Assembly (NCBI GenBank): GCA_951804945.1
Contig: OX638149.1
Span: 77,066,001 to 77,130,000 of the forward strand
Direction of reading: 5' to 3'
DNA length: 64,000 nucleotides
Source: Podarcis cretensis
Lineage: Eukaryota
Positions 39,501 to 52,350 of the stretch are shown here, in pieces (position 1 is the first letter of the stretch; every line of letters begins with the position of its first letter). The notes below the pieces were generated by a model. That model was not told where the DNA came from. It did not search any database and saw nothing but the letters and a program-made list of their open reading frames with translations. Made by a program: the position numbers and the translations under genes.

Positions 39501-42500
39501 CAGTTTGGTGTGCCAAGCTTCTGGGCCATACTCGGACTTCCTTATTCTCAGGCTATTATTCTCTATCCTTCCTTCAATCACCATGGCTCAAGCCTTAGTT
39601 TCTTCCTTGTCCTGTCCTGCCATGGCCCTTATCAAAGTATCCCATATTCTGTTGAAACCCAAATTGCATATATCCTACTAATTTTCAAACAATAGGGCAT
39701 ATCTCCACAGGTGACATCTTGGTTTTTCACTTTCTAGCTCTTGTGTATTTGACCTTCTCATTTCTCATTGGACCTTATTTAGTCCTCATTGGTTTTCTGC
39801 CCATCCAGCATGTCTTTGGTTCAGTGCTTCAGGAGTAATCTGCCTGCAAACAGGACTAACATGCCAGGGCCGTCAGAGGGCCAGCTGACCAGACCTGGAG
39901 CAAAAGGAATGTTCTCTGCTCCAAGGTGCCCAATGTCATTTGCTGAGGTTGGAAGCTGAAGCCTGAAGTGCAGCACACAGAGGATATTTTGCTTACCAGG
40001 CAAGAGTCAATTAAGTCCAAGCTCCCATTGTTTATGCCAGACCTGGCCATTCCCAGATGTGTCATGCTGCCCACTACTTCCAGGGGCTGATGTTGCAGAT
40101 CACCACTCTCTTCCTTGATCTGAGGTCTGAGCGCACACAGTTGCAGCCACCTGACCAAGCCAGGCTGCAGGTAGAGACCAGGCCAGGTGATAAGGTGGGG
40201 AATCAGGCCCTGGGGTCCCTGACACAGCACTGGCAAATGGTCCTCCTATGGCTTTTGGTAAAACTTCTGTGAACACTTCTGCTTTTAAGCAAATTTCCAA
40301 GTGAGCAAGAACGGGGAAAATACAAGACTAAATAAGAACAAGCAATATGAATGATAGGGAGAGTGGTATAAAGTATGCCGGGCATTAGTTATGCGTGAAG
40401 TTCCTCGGTGACAATCTTTGCAGCAAATTCTTATTGCTGGCAGTCTACCATGTAGTTGCATTAGCAATACATGCTGCCTTTTTTTTTTTTTTAAAAAAAA
40501 GGATCAGAATCTATGGGGTGCTTCTGAAGAGGTTGCAGAACAGTGTGTGCTACCCTGGTTGTCTATGTTTCCTTCCCTTTCCCCCAGTGCCAGCCCAAAC
40601 AAAATTGTTATACAACAGCATTCAAGGGAAAGGGGGAAGCCACTGAGAATGCCTTTTTATGTGCCCTTGTTGGTCCACCTTGGAGCATGGATAGTAGTGA
40701 GATGGCAGCATGTGGCAGCTTCTGAAGCACCTGTTGCCTATTTTTTATATGGCACCATTGCTAGGAAACCTGACCTTCACTTGTCACGGTGATATTAAAG
40801 AGCTGAAATTTGACAAATCTTCACACCCTTGCCCCAAAGGACAAGAAAAATGAGGAAAATCCTGATATTAAATTGATTAAGGGGAGAGGAATCAGAGTTG
40901 CAGCTGGCACCTTCAGTAGACAGCTCTTGTTGTATGCTGAAGATGCATCTCTTGCCTTGGCCTTTGACACCTGAGATGTGTGTTGTTGGGTGGAATTAAT
41001 AACAATAATACAATGGAAAAATACAATGCTGTGCATGACTATCAGCACAGGGAGAGGTTCAGCAGAGGGCACTTTGCAGCTGACCACCTTAAACCTAGAG
41101 CTCACTGTGCCCTAGATGGCATCTTGTGTTTATGCAATGGGTTGGAGACAAAGAACAGAGAACTTAACTGTGGAGGGCAAAGGGTCAAGGTTTGGGTTTT
41201 GACAGAAATGTTGGAAAAGGTTTCTAAGGGAGAAACCCAGAAATGGGTTATTGTGGAGATGAGTTTCTTATTCTCTCATTATGTGTTTTGTTGGGGGGGG
41301 AAGTGTGGACATTTCCAAAAAAGACTAGTTCTGGAACTCATCTGTGTGAATGTAATGCCAGGCATATGATCTGTAAACCTTCGTTCTAAGTATTTTGTGG
41401 GGCAGGGGGCTGCCGATATGCTACAGCTGTTCACTGGCAAAGGAAATGCATTGTGCTCATGGTTAGAGGCAGTTTCTTTGCAAATTCAGGGACAGCCCAA
41501 ACACATTTTAGGTTTTATTGGGATGGCTTTTCTGTGCCCAAGAGAAATGTGTGTGTGCAGTTCCCTTACCTCGTGGGAAGAAGAGGCCTCGGGAGAGCAC
41601 GTAGCTTGAAGGAAAGAAAACACACATAGGCAAAGTTAAGACGGCCTATGGGATTTTGGGGTTAAAAAAACCCCTCTCGCACAAACCCTGCCTTAAAGTC
41701 ACAGTAGTCTTGGCACCAACAGAAGGGGCTAGGCAGCAAGAGGAATTTGGAGACTGTGAGCCACAAAACCCAAGAAGTGGGAAGGAACCTGAGGTGGAGA
41801 TGCACAATTTTATGTACGGAATGAAACTTTGGTGGTGAATCATACCATTATTTATTAAGATTTTTCATTATTAATAACAATAAATAATAATAAAGAATGA
41901 AGAAGAATTAGAAATAAAATTAGAACAACTTAGAAGTCATTTGAAATGTTAACATAGCTATCAAGAAGAAAATAGGCTTATTAAATTGAATGATACATCC
42001 CTAGCTCAAATTCTCCACACAAGTTCTCTACACAAAAGTGTGTCTTTTCAGCAGTTGCTCCACAGGCATGGTGATTCTCTCCCCAAATAGGTCTTTCTAT
42101 CTTTTTTTTCTTTGCCAGTTTTTCTAGAGGAATGTAAAGGCCTTTTCTTTATTATAACCCCCCTAAGCATTTTGGGAATAGAGTATTTTAGCTGCCTGTT
42201 GTTTGACACTGCTGCTTTTGTAGTTAATCTGCTGGTACTCATTGTTTTAAGTTATTTTGCTGCTAGCTTCTTTTTGCAGTTCTTCTGCTTGTGGTTTATT
42301 GCTAATTTTATGTTGTATTTCATATGTTTTTATTATTGCCTAATTAACAGGAAAAAAAGGTAGATAGATGATGACGACAGTGGCAACAGCATTAATGATA
42401 AACTATTTTAACTAATTAAAAAGGTGGGACTTGAGTCTGACGTACACTTGAGAGGTTGCAAAGCCTGCACCATGCACTGGGATGAGCAGTTTTTGAGGTA

Positions 42501-42935
42501 AGGCGAGGTAGGGGGCTCCGTGTTTGCATACTTTCTCCCATAGAAGTCAGTGGCAGCTATTGACTTTTACGTGGAAGAAAAGAAACAAATTCTGGTCAAT
42601 AAAACTGGGGTCAGGTGACATAGAATCCACTCTTGAAAGCAGAGAGTGAAGGTAATGGGGGAACTTAATAGAACTGTTGCCCAGCCTCTCTGCAGATAGT
42701 ACAGTGCATCTCTGTGCAGAGGGTGCTGAGATGGACTGTCCCTCATACTGGCCAGTAAACATGTACTTTCGCTTCAGAATAAAGCCTCCCTCACACATTA
42801 AGTCACGTTAAGGGAATCCACCCATTGAGGTGCCTCTGACCCAACCCCAACATAGAGCAGCTGCTAATCTCCATGTACCCCAGCAATTATTACATATGGC
42901 CTTTTGTTATAAATCTGTATACATCTATGTCCCTT

Positions 42936-43085
42936 GAGAGATAGCTCAGCCGGTAGAGCATGAGACTCTTAATCACAGGGTCGTGGGTTCAAGCCCCACA
43001 TTGGGCAAAAGATTCCTGTGTTTCAGGGGTTTGGACTTAGATGGCCCTCACGGTCCCTTCCAACTCTGCAATTCTATGATGATTC
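42936..43085 (+). mobile_element. tRNA-Lys(CTT)-derived SINE with CR1-like 3' tail
   Basis: tagctcagccggtagagcatgagactcttaatcacagggtcgtgggttcaagccccacattgggc (A and B boxes), then ggacttagatggccctcacggtcccttccaactctgcaattctatgat. Confidence 0.85.
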
Positions 43086-43919
43086 GATGATCTTTAAAAA
43101 TGTCAGTATTCTCGAAGCATTTGATTAGGGAAATGTAAAAGTACTTTTCATTTCTGTTATTTTCAGAATGGTATAATGCATCTTAAATTGAGTTGGCAGT
43201 CATTGGGTTGGTTTGCATTTGATGCCAAATCATGGTCTGGCTACCTTCAGGTTGCACACGCCCTCTGATTCTCCCCCCACCCATGCTCCTCTCATCTGTA
43301 CCAATTCCCCCACCCCTGGATCCAACTGGGCTGACTGTGGTTGATCTGCAAGTCAGAATTAGAAACTACAGTTGTCATCAGGACTGCAGATGGGATGATA
43401 GTAGATACTTTAAGCGTATCTGCAGTGCCCCCACCCCCAAGAATTACTGCTCCTTTTTGCAGATCATGAGCTGCGAAATTGGAGATACCATTTTGGTTTC
43501 AGACCTAGCGAAACATAGATTTGGATAAACAATAGTGTTCCTTTAAAGCAGACATGTCAATTAGAAGTCCTAAGAGGTGGTAGTAAAAATAGTGAAGGGT
43601 AATTTATTACTCTGTGTAGACAAGCATTAAATGAGCCTTGAGTCCAATTCAATCATCTCTGGAGCCTCTTATATTTCACAAAGTTTTCTGCTTTGTGTTA
43701 TGGCAAGGTGCTTTAGAAACAATTATTTTGTTTTGCTGATGTATCCTTTTAAGGATAATTGCATACAAGATTTAAAAGACCTTTGACAGAAGTTGGGAAT
43801 CTTCTAATAATATCACCAAATTCAATAGGCTGGATTCAACTTACAAGTGGAAACCTGTGCAGGAACTTCTGCTATGGCAATGGGGCTTTCCTGCCCTTGA
43901 CCCCACTCCCCAATTGGCT

Positions 43920-44270
43920 CTGGGACATCTTGGAGAGAGGAAAAGGCTAAGGAGTAAACCCTACACAAATCTGGAGTGGAGTCCCTAGGACTGTTGGATG
44001 GTGCCTTGTACGCCTCCTTCCGGAAACTCCTGCAGCCAAGCTGGTGCCAAATGTATTGCTCTGCTTTCCTTTGGACCACATCACCGAGGCCTGGACAGCC
44101 CAGGACCTCCATATACACTGCTCAGGCTTTTGCCCCAGGAAGGACACCAGTTCTTCTAACACAGCAAAAACAATGCAGGAGGCAGCATTTACCAGTCTCT
44201 GCAGCTACAGCAGGCATTGTGATTCTCCACTGGTTTGATTTCACCCCTGGAAGTGCACTCCATTGTCAAC
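43920..44270 (+). mobile_element. Unclassified interspersed repeat; copy B
   Basis: Diverged inverted homolog of 6437-6970. Confidence 0.6.
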
Positions 44271-46281
44271 TGGTGTGTCTCAGTGGGAGCTAAGATGACC
44301 AAGAAAGGCATAGGCGACGGGCAGAAATTACCGGTACTTAGTCTTCTTCCTCTGACTATGGCAGGAAGAGAAGTGAGTAAACTAGTGTCTGATAAAAATA
44401 AAATAAAATTATGAGACTTAAAGTTTTGAGCCAGGCAGATCAGAAGACAGAAAATTGAACTGGAGATCTGGAACATCTCAGGATGCAGCCTGCTCCACTG
44501 AAGCTGATGTGGAGACAGATGAATGTTGAGTGTCTGTTGGAGTTGTTAAGCAGAACTCTTCCATCTATGCTCACCATGTATAGCTGAAAATGAATACAAA
44601 CATTACAAAATGTCTTAAGCCCCAGTGACTTCATGCCAAAGAAACACAAAAATGGGTAACTGCTCGCACCTGAAATTTCACATCGCTCAGAGAACTGGAA
44701 CATTTGGGCAAGTGCAGCAATTTAATCTGAAGTCAATGAAAAAGTTGCATGCTGAATACACAGTGCAAATAATGTATTGGCAATTTGTTCATCTTAACCC
44801 ATGATTTAAATGCCTGGTTAATTAAAGGAATAAGTCTGTACATTGAAACAGGCAGCAAAGGGTTGACGTTGGGTTAGAAAGGAAAGTTTTCTTTAGAAGA
44901 TTCTTGTAGCATAGGTCTTGGAATAGCTTGTTTTCATCCTTCACCCCAATTTATTTATTGTTTTAATAAAATGGACTCTTGTGCACCATAACAGTAGTTT
45001 GAAGAATGCTTTCATCTATGGGCAAAGAGTTAAGCCAGATATTCTGAAATCTACAGCCCAATAACTACAAATGTCAGCATGAGCTAGACTTGTTCATTTA
45101 GGAGAGAGAGAAAATCCTTAACAGGTGTCTTGGATGATATGTAGTTTTCCAATTCTTACAGTCCTTATAACCTCTCATTTCCTCAGGTTTATAATCTAGG
45201 CTTTGAAGAAGAGCTAGCCAGTCAAAAGCTCCATAAAAATTTCATGCAGAAGATGCAGAAGTGCTTAGTGCAGGCTTCAGTAAAGATGGAAGGTTGAAGG
45301 AGGTACTCCATACTCCATACTCCATACTCCATGCAGGATCAGAGCTATGCTTACTGCATGTAAATGTCATTTGGATGTAAACCTTAGTGGTAAAATAAAT
45401 GTTTGGAATCCTCCAGAGGGATATAGATAGAAGTCTGTTTACCAAAAGCACTCAAAATCTATAGCGCCCATTGACTCTTTCAGAACAGAGCAATTCTAAA
45501 GATCCAAGAAAATGGCTAAAATTAAGGCAAGAGAAACAAGCTGATCATTAAGGTAGTGTTGATGTCTGTCAGTTCATGGAACCGCTGGTGTTTGTTATAA
45601 CAGAGAAATAAATGAAACAACCTGCCTTGTGCACTGATAAGAGCAATATAAGGAATGTCAGCAGGAGCATGTGGTGGGCTAGACAGTTTCTGTATCTTCA
45701 TAGCTCTCACTGCCAGAAGGGACTATTATGGTCAATTATTTTGACCTTCTGCATGGCACAGGTCAGAAGATTTTCTGTCAGTAATTCCTGCAGCAAGCCC
45801 ATAGGGCTCTTCTCTCTCTTGCGGCTCTGATTTTATAGCAGGGAAGAGATGGAGAGAAATGGAAAAAATGCAAGCACAACATTTTTCAAAGGCACAGGAA
45901 GAGAGTGACAAAGGAGGCAGTGCCCATTGCATTTGTGGCTTATGCACAGGGTCTGTGGAATAGATAGAGGCAGAGTGTATAGCAAAATGAGCACTTTGGT
46001 GAGTGATGAACGTGTTTCAGATTTCTGCTCCATCCTTTTCTCTCATGGAGGGCAGCCTGAAAAACTAAAGTAAGTGTCTGTTTATATATTTGTTGGAATG
46101 TATCCACTCCCTCCTTTTCTACTGTGCTAGAGTACAGTCCAGTTTTTCAAGTCTTGCAATCCTCCCACTGCCCTAATCCTATTCAGGCACTTGCTTCCTA
46201 TGTTAAATCAACATGTGATGGGAGAGAATGGGGATAAAGTGCACCAACTCTGTCCTGCGGTAGTTATTGGCAGCACTGTGC

Positions 46282-46494
46282 TGCTTACCTGACCCCCTAT
46301 CACTGTCATCACTGTGATGTACCAGGAAGGGTGAGGAGCAAGGTAGTGATGAGGTCAGCATGGTGCAAGCACACCAACAGCAGCACCAGATAGATTCCGT
46401 AAGTGCATACGCATAATGCCCATCTCAAAGCCACCTTACTCCTTCCCTTCCTGAAATGCCGCAGTGACAGCAGTGATCAGGGGTCAGGCAAGCA
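46282..46494. repeat. Long imperfect inverted repeat (old foldback/MITE)
   Basis: tgcttacctgacccc...atcactg...caggaaggg...aggagcaaggt pairs with accttactcct...cccttcctg...cagtgat...ggggtcaggcaagca. Confidence 0.7.
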
Positions 46495-48886
46495 TCTCTC
46501 CCTTGCCCTGATGCACTGCTGCCCTGGTCACCCTCCAGAAGCTGGAAGGTGATTGTCTGCAACAGGGAGCCTGGTGTGCTCATGTAAGTGCCACACACAA
46601 TGTTAAACCCTGACAGTCTCCTTCTAATTCATAGAGGATAATGGGGATGGGGACAGAGAAAGCAGATCCTGACTGTGCACAATACTCACTGGACTTGCTT
46701 GCAGAATAAGTTGCAATAGATAGTAAGTTAAATGGTGACTGAGGTGTGCACTGTTTGCATTGAAATGCCCTTAGGCATCCTAATGATAAGACAGGATGAG
46801 AAGTACAGAATGGATACATAGCTAAATTGCCCCCTAGCTGTTAAGTATTTCATAAATCAAAGCCAGCCGCCTGAATTGTGTCTGGGATCCCATAGAGAAA
46901 CAGTGCAAGTTCTCACTGGTTTAATATGCTCCTGCTGCCTAGTTTCATCAAGGGATGGCTTCGCTCTGCAGCAGTTAGCGCTCTCTGACGATTATCAAGG
47001 GCAGCAGTGTGCTGAGTGTATTACATTGTACCGTGACAAAGAGAAGGTGTGAACCATGCCACCAGATCTATAGCCAGCTTTCTGACCAGGTGGACCTGGT
47101 GAAAAGCATGTCTGACCAATGCTATAGGTTAACCCTCCAGACTGAGCAACAGGCCTAGGAGCACCCCAGCACTACAGCCTTGAATGACAATATGAAATCT
47201 TCACTACTGTCTCTTTTCCCCCTACATTGGGGGGAGAGAAGCTTGCATACTTCTAGGCCAGTAGAAGGTTATCTAAATCAAAAACAACAGCTACGACTAC
47301 ATCTTATTTTTTATCTTTTGGGAAACCTGACAGTGGTATTGAAAAGTGGAAGCATTGTCCCAATTTACTATAGACCATCCTAAGACTGATTTAACTAAAC
47401 TTCAAGTGACAGCTTGTGTGTGGGAATCACAGATTGATCACTACAGATAACAGCTTTTCATTTCGTGTGATTTCATCTCAAACACAATACGTTTCAATGA
47501 CCACAGATTAATCAAAAGTTGATTAAAGTGGAATAAAGTGATAAGAAACTGCATAAGTGGAGATCAAGTGCTGTGCATGGCTATTTACTTGACATAGCCC
47601 CTGGTGCTGTGTAAGCTCGGGCAGTGTATATTAATTGAGAAGTACCTTAGTTTACTCCAGGCAGTACTCAGACCACAACAGCAATTTCTGTGAAGAACTT
47701 TGGCCTACTAACATCACTGGGGCTACATGTTTGCTCAAGCAAAATTAATTGGGGCCTCAGTTGCAAATACAACTAGAGGCTGTCTCTTGAAGAAGAAAAA
47801 ACCTGTTTTGTGTTAACGTAAGTTCAGAGTATTGTAGCTGAGAGGTAGCCAACATGCTGAAGGCTATAAGATCCCCAGAGTTTGCTCTTGGAACTTAAAA
47901 TAATTTAAGAACTTAAAATAATTTTTTAAAAAATAAATATGATGTTGAATAGCTAAAATATTGTCATAAATAGGCCATAAAGTATAGGACATTAAGTTCA
48001 ACAGGTTCCTAAAACCCTAAGTGCTGTGAGCTGCCTTTGCATCAGCACAGCAGCAACATATGGGATGAGGTTTAAGAGTGCCGGGGCCAGAGAAATGTTG
48101 TATGATGGCAGCCTTTACCTTCATATCCTGAGCATCTCCAGGCTGAATTTTTGTCCTAAACCTGCAGTTTTATAAGATTTTTGGACGGGGTGGTTGTGGT
48201 GGTATGTGGTACAAAAGCACAGAGCTCCCCTGTTGTTTGTCGGACCTCAACACTAAGAGGTTAGATATATTTTTAAAGCCCCAATCCTGGCTTTTTTAGG
48301 AAGAAGGTTCTTACCTAGCTTTCTCCCAAAGTGATATAATTCCATGTAACATGATGCTGATGGTCATGTATTTCAGCTTTCAGTGAAAGTGTTTTGCTGA
48401 TGGTCGGGATCTGCCTCTTGAAGACCAGAAAGTAGTTTCCCCCCCAGGTCTGCTTGAGTTGCAGCTCTATGGGAGGGTATTGGTGGAGCATGGAGTAGTG
48501 CTTTTCCCTGCAGTATTTTTTTGCCTTGCTTGTGCAAGCCATATGAAGCTGCTTGCTTAAACATGCACCTTTCTTCATGCATCTGGTTCTGACTGCATGA
48601 TGATAGATAATTTCATGGGTTACATAGTTTGATATATGTGGGACAGTTGGGTTCTCCTATGGGTTTTTTGGTTGCTTCCACTATTATAGGTCCATTCAGG
48701 GCCAAAGTAAACTTGGCATTAAACTCATTAAATTTCAAGTGCAAATAATAGCTTCTGAACAGAGAGATTTTCTTTACGACTGCAAGAAAGAATGAGATGG
48801 TTCAGTTCCTCCTCACTGCCTGCTACAATCTTGATAATAAGGTTTAGGGGAGCTTTTAATGTTTGATGTATTTCAGTATTTTAATA

Positions 48887-49112
48887 CAGTGGTACTTCGG
48901 GTTAAGTACTTAATTCGTTCCGGAGGTCCGTTCTTAACCTGAAACTGTTCTTAACCTGAAGACCACTTTAGCTAATGGGCCTCCTGCTGCTGCTGTGCCG
49001 CTGGAGCACAATTTATGTTCTCATCCTGAAGCAAAGTTCTTAACCCGAGGTACTATGGTACTATTTCTGGGTTAGCGGAGTCTGTAACCTGAAGCGTATG
49101 TAACCTGAAGCA

Positions 49113-49113
<1 letters not shown>
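48887..49113. mobile_element. Tigger/pogo-like MITE (inverted relative to 5374-5590), right end lost
   Basis: ta|cagtggtacttcgggttaagtacttaattcgttccggagg... is the reverse complement of the 5374-5590 copy. It runs directly into a microsatellite. Confidence 0.85.
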
Positions 49114-49183
<70 letters not shown>

Positions 49184-49190
49184 CACACAC
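49114..49190. repeat. Compound (ATT)n(CAT)n(CA)n microsatellite
   Basis: Directly visible in the sequence. Confidence 0.95.
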
Positions 49191-51609
49191 CATTGATGCT
49201 TAAAAACAACAACCCTGCATGTTAAATGCAGAAACACAATTAACATGAGGTTTGGCTGCCACACTCATGTGCTTCCAATTGTTTCTCAACTCATAACATC
49301 CCATTCTCAAAGTCACTGAGGTCTAGTGAACATGGAACAATAATGCTGTGAATGCCATTCTGAATCATTCCATGTGGCAGTTCTTGCCATGTGTCAAGCT
49401 TTTTGAGTGCAGCAGCTCCACAATGATGTGGACAAATTCCTCTCTCCACCACCTGGTAATGATCCACATGGTAATTTGCAGCACACACAACTTGCCACAT
49501 AAATTGGCAGCGTGGAGAGCAATTTAAAACAGCCCCCATGTCTCAGCCCCCAGCAGAGACTGGGGTCTGAGTGCTATGCCTTATGCCATTGGGATCTCAG
49601 AAGAACCCTTAAGTGATCTAATGCCAGAGGCATTGACTAGGCAAATCACAAACTCCTTGATCTAACTGACAGTCCTGCAATCACCCTATCCTTTTGACCT
49701 CTAGTGCCGCTGTCCATGGTAGTGGCTGCAAATCTTTTGACTCTGATCATCACTGATCCGCCAACACTCTTCAGGGACAATCACAAAAATCAAGGAGTCA
49801 GTGTGGGTACCATGTAGCAGGAAAATGCACAGAACCTTGTGAAATATAAGCCCCCTTCATGTCTACGAAAACCCCACGTGTCCCAAACTGGAAGAAAATT
49901 AGGAGAAAGGGCTGAGGAGTCTATCATCAGCTGATGGGCAGAGATATAAGTCACAACGGGCCTTGAAACTGGTAGTTGGAGAGTAATGAATTATGAGAGC
50001 AAGCCAAGAGAGGATTTTGAAAGAGTAAACGAGTAAGCAGTCTACGTGTATTCATCTTGAAGAGCAGGAGAAACAAATTAGTTTTAACACATAATTTCTG
50101 GGTATATTTCAGAAAAGAGGGAAGTTTGGTTATTTGCACAGCAAGCTAGCATTTAGAACACTAATTGCAACAGAGCTCTAAGATCTATTCTGTGTACAGT
50201 GGGGAAGCTATTTCCACCTGGTGTTTCTTATGTTGGTGAATTTCAGTAAATACATATGTGGTTATTGCCATGCCTGTAATAAACAGAAGCAATGGTGTAT
50301 TCCTACCATTTCAGACTAGTACTCTGTGTAACACAGAACTAGCCCATGGCATTCATTTGCACAGTATGTAGCAATGAGGACAACTACAGATAACGTTAAA
50401 AGTGCATTGGGTGAATTTATGGAGCATAAGCCCTATCAGTAGTTTCTAAGCTAACACTAAAAGCAGAAGCTCCACATTTAGAGGTCGTTCACCTCTGATC
50501 AGATCAACAGATGAGAGATAAATGGAGATGACTATCTTTATCATGTCCTGCTTGTGAGCTTTTCATAGGTATCTTGAGCAATCACCCTTGAAGACAAAAT
50601 GCTGGAAAATAGGCTTGTCCTGACCCAGCAAGGTCATTCTTATGTGTTTTCTACCCTTTCCTTACCTGCATGTATATGCAGATTGGGGTTCTAACACATT
50701 GTTTGTACAAGTCATGGAAACAGGGAGATATGGGGAGGGGCTTGGCTTGGCTTCTATAACATTTGTCTCTTCTTTTTCAGCAGACTAGTTTTAAACTTCC
50801 TTTTTGGCACTAAAGCATTGAACTGGAAGCGAGTGAGGCTCTCATACAGATGTGCCTTTGCATTTTAAGTAGGATGTAAATTCATCAAATGAGATTTGAT
50901 CGTTTTATTCTGCTTGCTGATCTCTTGAAAACCCAAAGGCTGCATAATGGAAACTGGATCCCCAGAGGTTTTACTTTAATTTATTTAATAAATGGCACCT
51001 TTTCAGAAAGTCTGGGTCTAGTTTTGAATTCTGTGCACTTACCACAATCACGTTACAAGCTCTGGGAAACATTTGGCCTTAGGAATCTGTGTCTCAGCTC
51101 TCCATTCCATTTTCATTGCCTTATTACAAGGACAAATATATTGGGGGTTTTTGAGGTTTGATAAGAGTTCACCCTTAGAAGCATAACGTTATTTGAAGTC
51201 ATTTTGGGAAAAGGGGTGATTAAAAGAAAACATGTATCTGCACTACTCTTTTCAGCACCTGCAAATAATATGAGAGAGATCAGGGATCATAGGAATGCTT
51301 GTCTCCAAACAGCAACCTCATCGTGAATTCAGTGTTTCAAGATATTTCAGGCTGCAATCCTATATACACAAACTTACCTGGGAGTAAGCCCCATTGAAAG
51401 CAATGGTACTTAACTCTGAATAGACCCATGCAGGATTGCACTATCATTATCAAGTCAGGATGGAAGCCTGGAATCTCGTGCAAATGTTGGTTGCCATCTA
51501 ATTGTTCTAGGTTGGACAGGCAATGATATCTCAGAGGCTTTAGTTTACATGCATTGCCACAGTCCACTTTCTTGCTGGGTTAGGTAGGTGGGAGTCTAAT
51601 ATTCAACTA

Positions 51610-51862
51610 CCATATTGGCCCGAATATGAGCCGCACCCAAATATAAGCTGCACCTTTAAAATTCAAGGGCAAAAAAGAAAAAAAAATACAATACCCAAAT
51701 ATAAGCCGCTCCCTTAAAATTCCACAGGCACTCACACCCGTTCTGTTTTACTGTATGCCTGTTTCAGCAGCAATATTGTAAAATCCAATTTAAGCCGCAC
51801 TGTAACTTTTCACAGTCAGAATCTGAAAAAAAAAAGTGAGACTTATATTCAGGCCAATGCAG
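51610..51862. mobile_element. Tc1/pogo-like MITE
   Basis: TA flanks, TIRs ccatattggcccgaatatgag / cttatattcaggccaatgcag, and internal repeats of aatataagccgc. Confidence 0.75.
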
Positions 51863-51889
51863 TAATTGTGCAGCAGAGGTACTGACTAC

Positions 51890-52350
51890 CTATTACCTTG
51901 AATTAGAGATGCTGGTTTTAATTTACAAAGTCCTTCATGACCTGGACTTGGTATATCTCAGATAATCTCTGCCCTTAGGAATCTCTTTACCTTTTAAGAT
52001 CATCTAGGTGCCTCTTTATGAGAGCAGTAAGTGGTCCTACCTTCTTGGCAGTGGCCCCTTAATTCTGGATCACGCTGAGATCTGCCACTGTGCATCCCTG
52101 CTAGGGTGTTGCATGAGAGTGTTTTTGTTTTTGTTTTTTTTGTTTAGGCAGACTTTCCCAAATAGGATTTTGACTTGTGTTGCGTTGGCTAATATTGTGT
52201 GTGTGCGTTGACGTATCGATTGGTTATGACTGTTGCTTTAATTATTTTTATGGTGTGATCTTATGGTTATTTATATTGTTTGAAAACAACTTGAATGTGG
52301 CGAGATAAGGATGGAGATTGGGTGGGTGGGTGGGTGGGTGGGTGGGGGTG
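51890..52350 (+). mobile_element. Degraded L2 LINE 3' portion ending in (GGGT)n
   Basis: Remnants resembling L2 ORF2 motifs (tgctggttttaatttacaaagtccttcatg; ttcttggcagtggcccc...ctgg), a T-rich 3' UTR, and (GGGT)n at 52320-52348. Confidence 0.5.

Noticed and set aside
42936-43008. tRNA-Lys(CTT) gene
   Set aside because: The acceptor stem cannot form and the sequence continues into a CR1-like tail, so it is a SINE head.
52320-52348. (GGGT)n G-quadruplex as a regulatory element
   Set aside because: It can form a G4, but it is a simple repeat at the tail of a decayed L2 with no evidence of function.
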